Shown here: positions 52,641-54,852 of the stretch, piece after piece
Numbering within the stretch: position 1 is the stretch's first letter
Layout of the letters: every line of letters starts with the position of its first letter
NCBI GenBank assembly: GCA_002633005.1
Contig: NMRA01001101.1
Span: forward strand, 1 to 54,852
DNA: 54,852 bases
From: Phoronis australis
Taxonomy: Eukaryota; Animalia; Phoronida
Reading direction: 5' to 3'
Made by a program: the position numbers and the translations under genes
The notes under the pieces: model-generated
The model's input: the letters and a program-made list of their open reading frames with translations, nothing else
Told to the model about the DNA's origin: nothing
Databases searched by the model: none

Positions 52641-53590
52641 GGCACCCACCTACCAGTCGTAGCTGTACCTTAACTACAAAGGAAATTGCACTACATGGCA
52701 GTGCAGACACAAATATACCTGGAGGACCTGGGGTAACTCCCACCCGAGCCTCTTATGTTACAGGGCCACCCAGCACTCCCGGCCGCGCGGCTAGCCAAGA
52801 TGTTTTGAGATGTGCTTGGAACTCTTGCGGCCATTTTCATCAAGGTGGTTAACAAAATCAAGTTTAAGACTTAAACCAGCCTCCCGTTCAGTAACGCTAG
52901 GACCTCACTAAAAAGCAAGACTTCGCGAAATTACGTGAGAATTTGCCGTGTATTTTGAATAAGAAGATGTGACTTTGATTAGGTTTTACCTAGGTCCTAG
53001 CGTAGGTCCTAGCGTCTACTGAACGCACACCAGGTCTTTCTAAGCCACGTCTAATTTTAGACCTAGTATGCATTTAACCAACGTGGTTTAAAGTCTGAAA
53101 GCCAGGTTCTGTTAGACTGGAGACTATATTTAAAAAGCAGGTTTAAAGCATCCAAGGTGTCCTATTGTGTCGATCTGGATTAACTTAACGAAGAAAGTAT
53201 TGAAGTTCTTCGATGGAACCTCAATCATTCGAGAAAAATAGTTCATGTGTACAGTAGTAGTATCAGTGTGGACATTTGCAGGTGTGTCTGTTACCAACAA
53301 AATGAGTCACAAATGTCTGAAAGATTTCTCCATGATCAAATGGTTTCCCAAAAGAACTAGATAGGGAATACATTAATGTTATAGAAAACGAGAGAACTGG
53401 CGGCAAATCAATCAGCGTAAGCAACAGGCTTGGAGAGGTAATGGTTCAGACTAGCTGCACAGTTCCCACAATCGGAGATTCTGAAATGAAGCAACAGACA
53501 GTTAAAGGGCAATTGGAAACACTTAAAAATGAAGGCCAGGAAGGAAATTACATTGGTGAAAAAGGTCGCGAAGAAAAACTTTGACGGACG

Positions 53591-53807
53591 CAGTGGCGGA
53601 TCTAGGATATCATGAGGGGGACCAACGTTTTTCGTTCTGTGGTACCTGTGCCCAACAAACGTACACAAACTAAAGAACACGCCGACGATAAGGCGCAACA
53701 TAATGAATACCCTAATTTAATTCCGTATAGTTTTTACTATTCACTTTTTGCTGGCGGCCAAAGGGGAGGGTAGAACCCCTGCCCGGTCGTCCTTAAATCC
53801 GCTACTG
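53591..53807. mobile_element. hAT-like MITE
   Basis: TIR CAGTGGCGGATCTAGG / CCTTAAATCCGCTACTG; no clear TSD; related ends near 37970-37983 and 40515-40620. Confidence 0.6.
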
Positions 53808-54269
53808 GGACTAAAGGAGCTCAGGCAGAAGAATCAAAGATGATGCCGTCTTTAGGCTCGCCCGTAACACTCACGACTGTGACGCCTTGCTCGATCACAC
53901 TTATTCTGTGAAACCAGTCCGAATGACAATCTGCAACACGTTTCGGTCTACGTTTGAGTCCGTGTCGTAGTAAACATGAAAAATGAAAATAATACGTTCT
54001 CGTTCTAAATTAATTGAATCGGTGTCTTTCAGCTCCACGGTTGAGCACACTTTTATCGCGCAAGTCAGACATCAATTTAAGAGTGTCAAACCTGGGTCTG
54101 GACAGCTCTTTTAAGAGCTGGCTTAAAAGTTTAACCTGCTTTGAGATCTTAATACAGTTCTAAGGAATGTAATTCTCGTTGTTGAAATGAAAACCGGTGT
54201 AAATCAGGTCTCAAATTGGGTTAAACCAGGTTTTACAAGACCACTGGTAATAACGCTAAGACACCTTTA

Positions 54270-54852
54270 TTACGTGCAATCTGGTCTAAAGTTCCTTGCG
54301 GAAAAAGGCCTTCTATCGGAATCACAGTCTGGTTTCTGCATTCTACTCTTATTTTAAACAATCACGCTACTGACATTATTTTTAACAATTTGGATCAGAG
54401 GAGGCTTACCGATGCTATTTTTGTTCACCTTAAGAAAGCCTTTGACATTGTGGGCCATGTTATCCTATTACAGCAACTAGAGTCACATGGAGTTAACGAT
54501 AACGAACTTCTTCGGTTTAAAACTGATACGACCTCAACCTGGCTACCAAATACGGTAGCTTTCTTTCCAATTACTCAACCGTTATCACTGGCGTATCTCA
54601 GGGTTCAATTGTGGGCCCTCTATTATTCACTTTTTTGCTAACGATCTCCCTACCGTCCTCCACAACAGTGTATTAGTTTTACACGCTCATGACATCGCAG
54701 TTATGTCCACAACTGGCTCAGTAAAAGAACTTGAAACTTCTCTCAATGATGAGATAGCCCTTATCTATGACTGGCTTTTTAAAAATAAACTCACTCTTAG
54801 CATTTTTGAAACCAAGTCTATGCTGTTGGGAACCCACCACAAATTAAAACAG
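54270..54852 (+). pseudogene. CR1/L2-type reverse transcriptase fragment, runs off window
   Basis: QSGF, AIFVHLKKAFDIVGHVILLQQLESHGV, GVSQGSIVGPLLF..NDLP, HAHD in place of YADD. Confidence 0.85.

Overview
Eukaryotic, AT-rich, transposon-dense scaffold, most consistent with a heterozygous invertebrate animal genome (inference from a spliceosomal intron plus Kolobok, Sola3, Helentron-type, CR1/L2, Tx1, BEL/Pao and DIRS/Ngaro relics; the species cannot be determined). The only intact host gene is the 3' end of a multimodular non-ribosomal peptide synthetase (NRPS) at 1-4656. It comprises the tail of a probable epimerization domain, a condensation domain, a vestigial adenylation fragment lacking the catalytic core, a carrier domain and a thioesterase split by a phase-1 GT-AG intron. 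The remaining ~50 kb is a nest of mostly non-autonomous or decayed mobile elements with no recognisable tailoring genes. Three single-N joins (3097, 4162, 48628) duplicate adjacent sequence and look like uncollapsed haplotypes. They reveal synonymous-only differences in the NRPS and a filled versus empty Kolobok site. All family assignments are by-eye motif recognition, not database searches.
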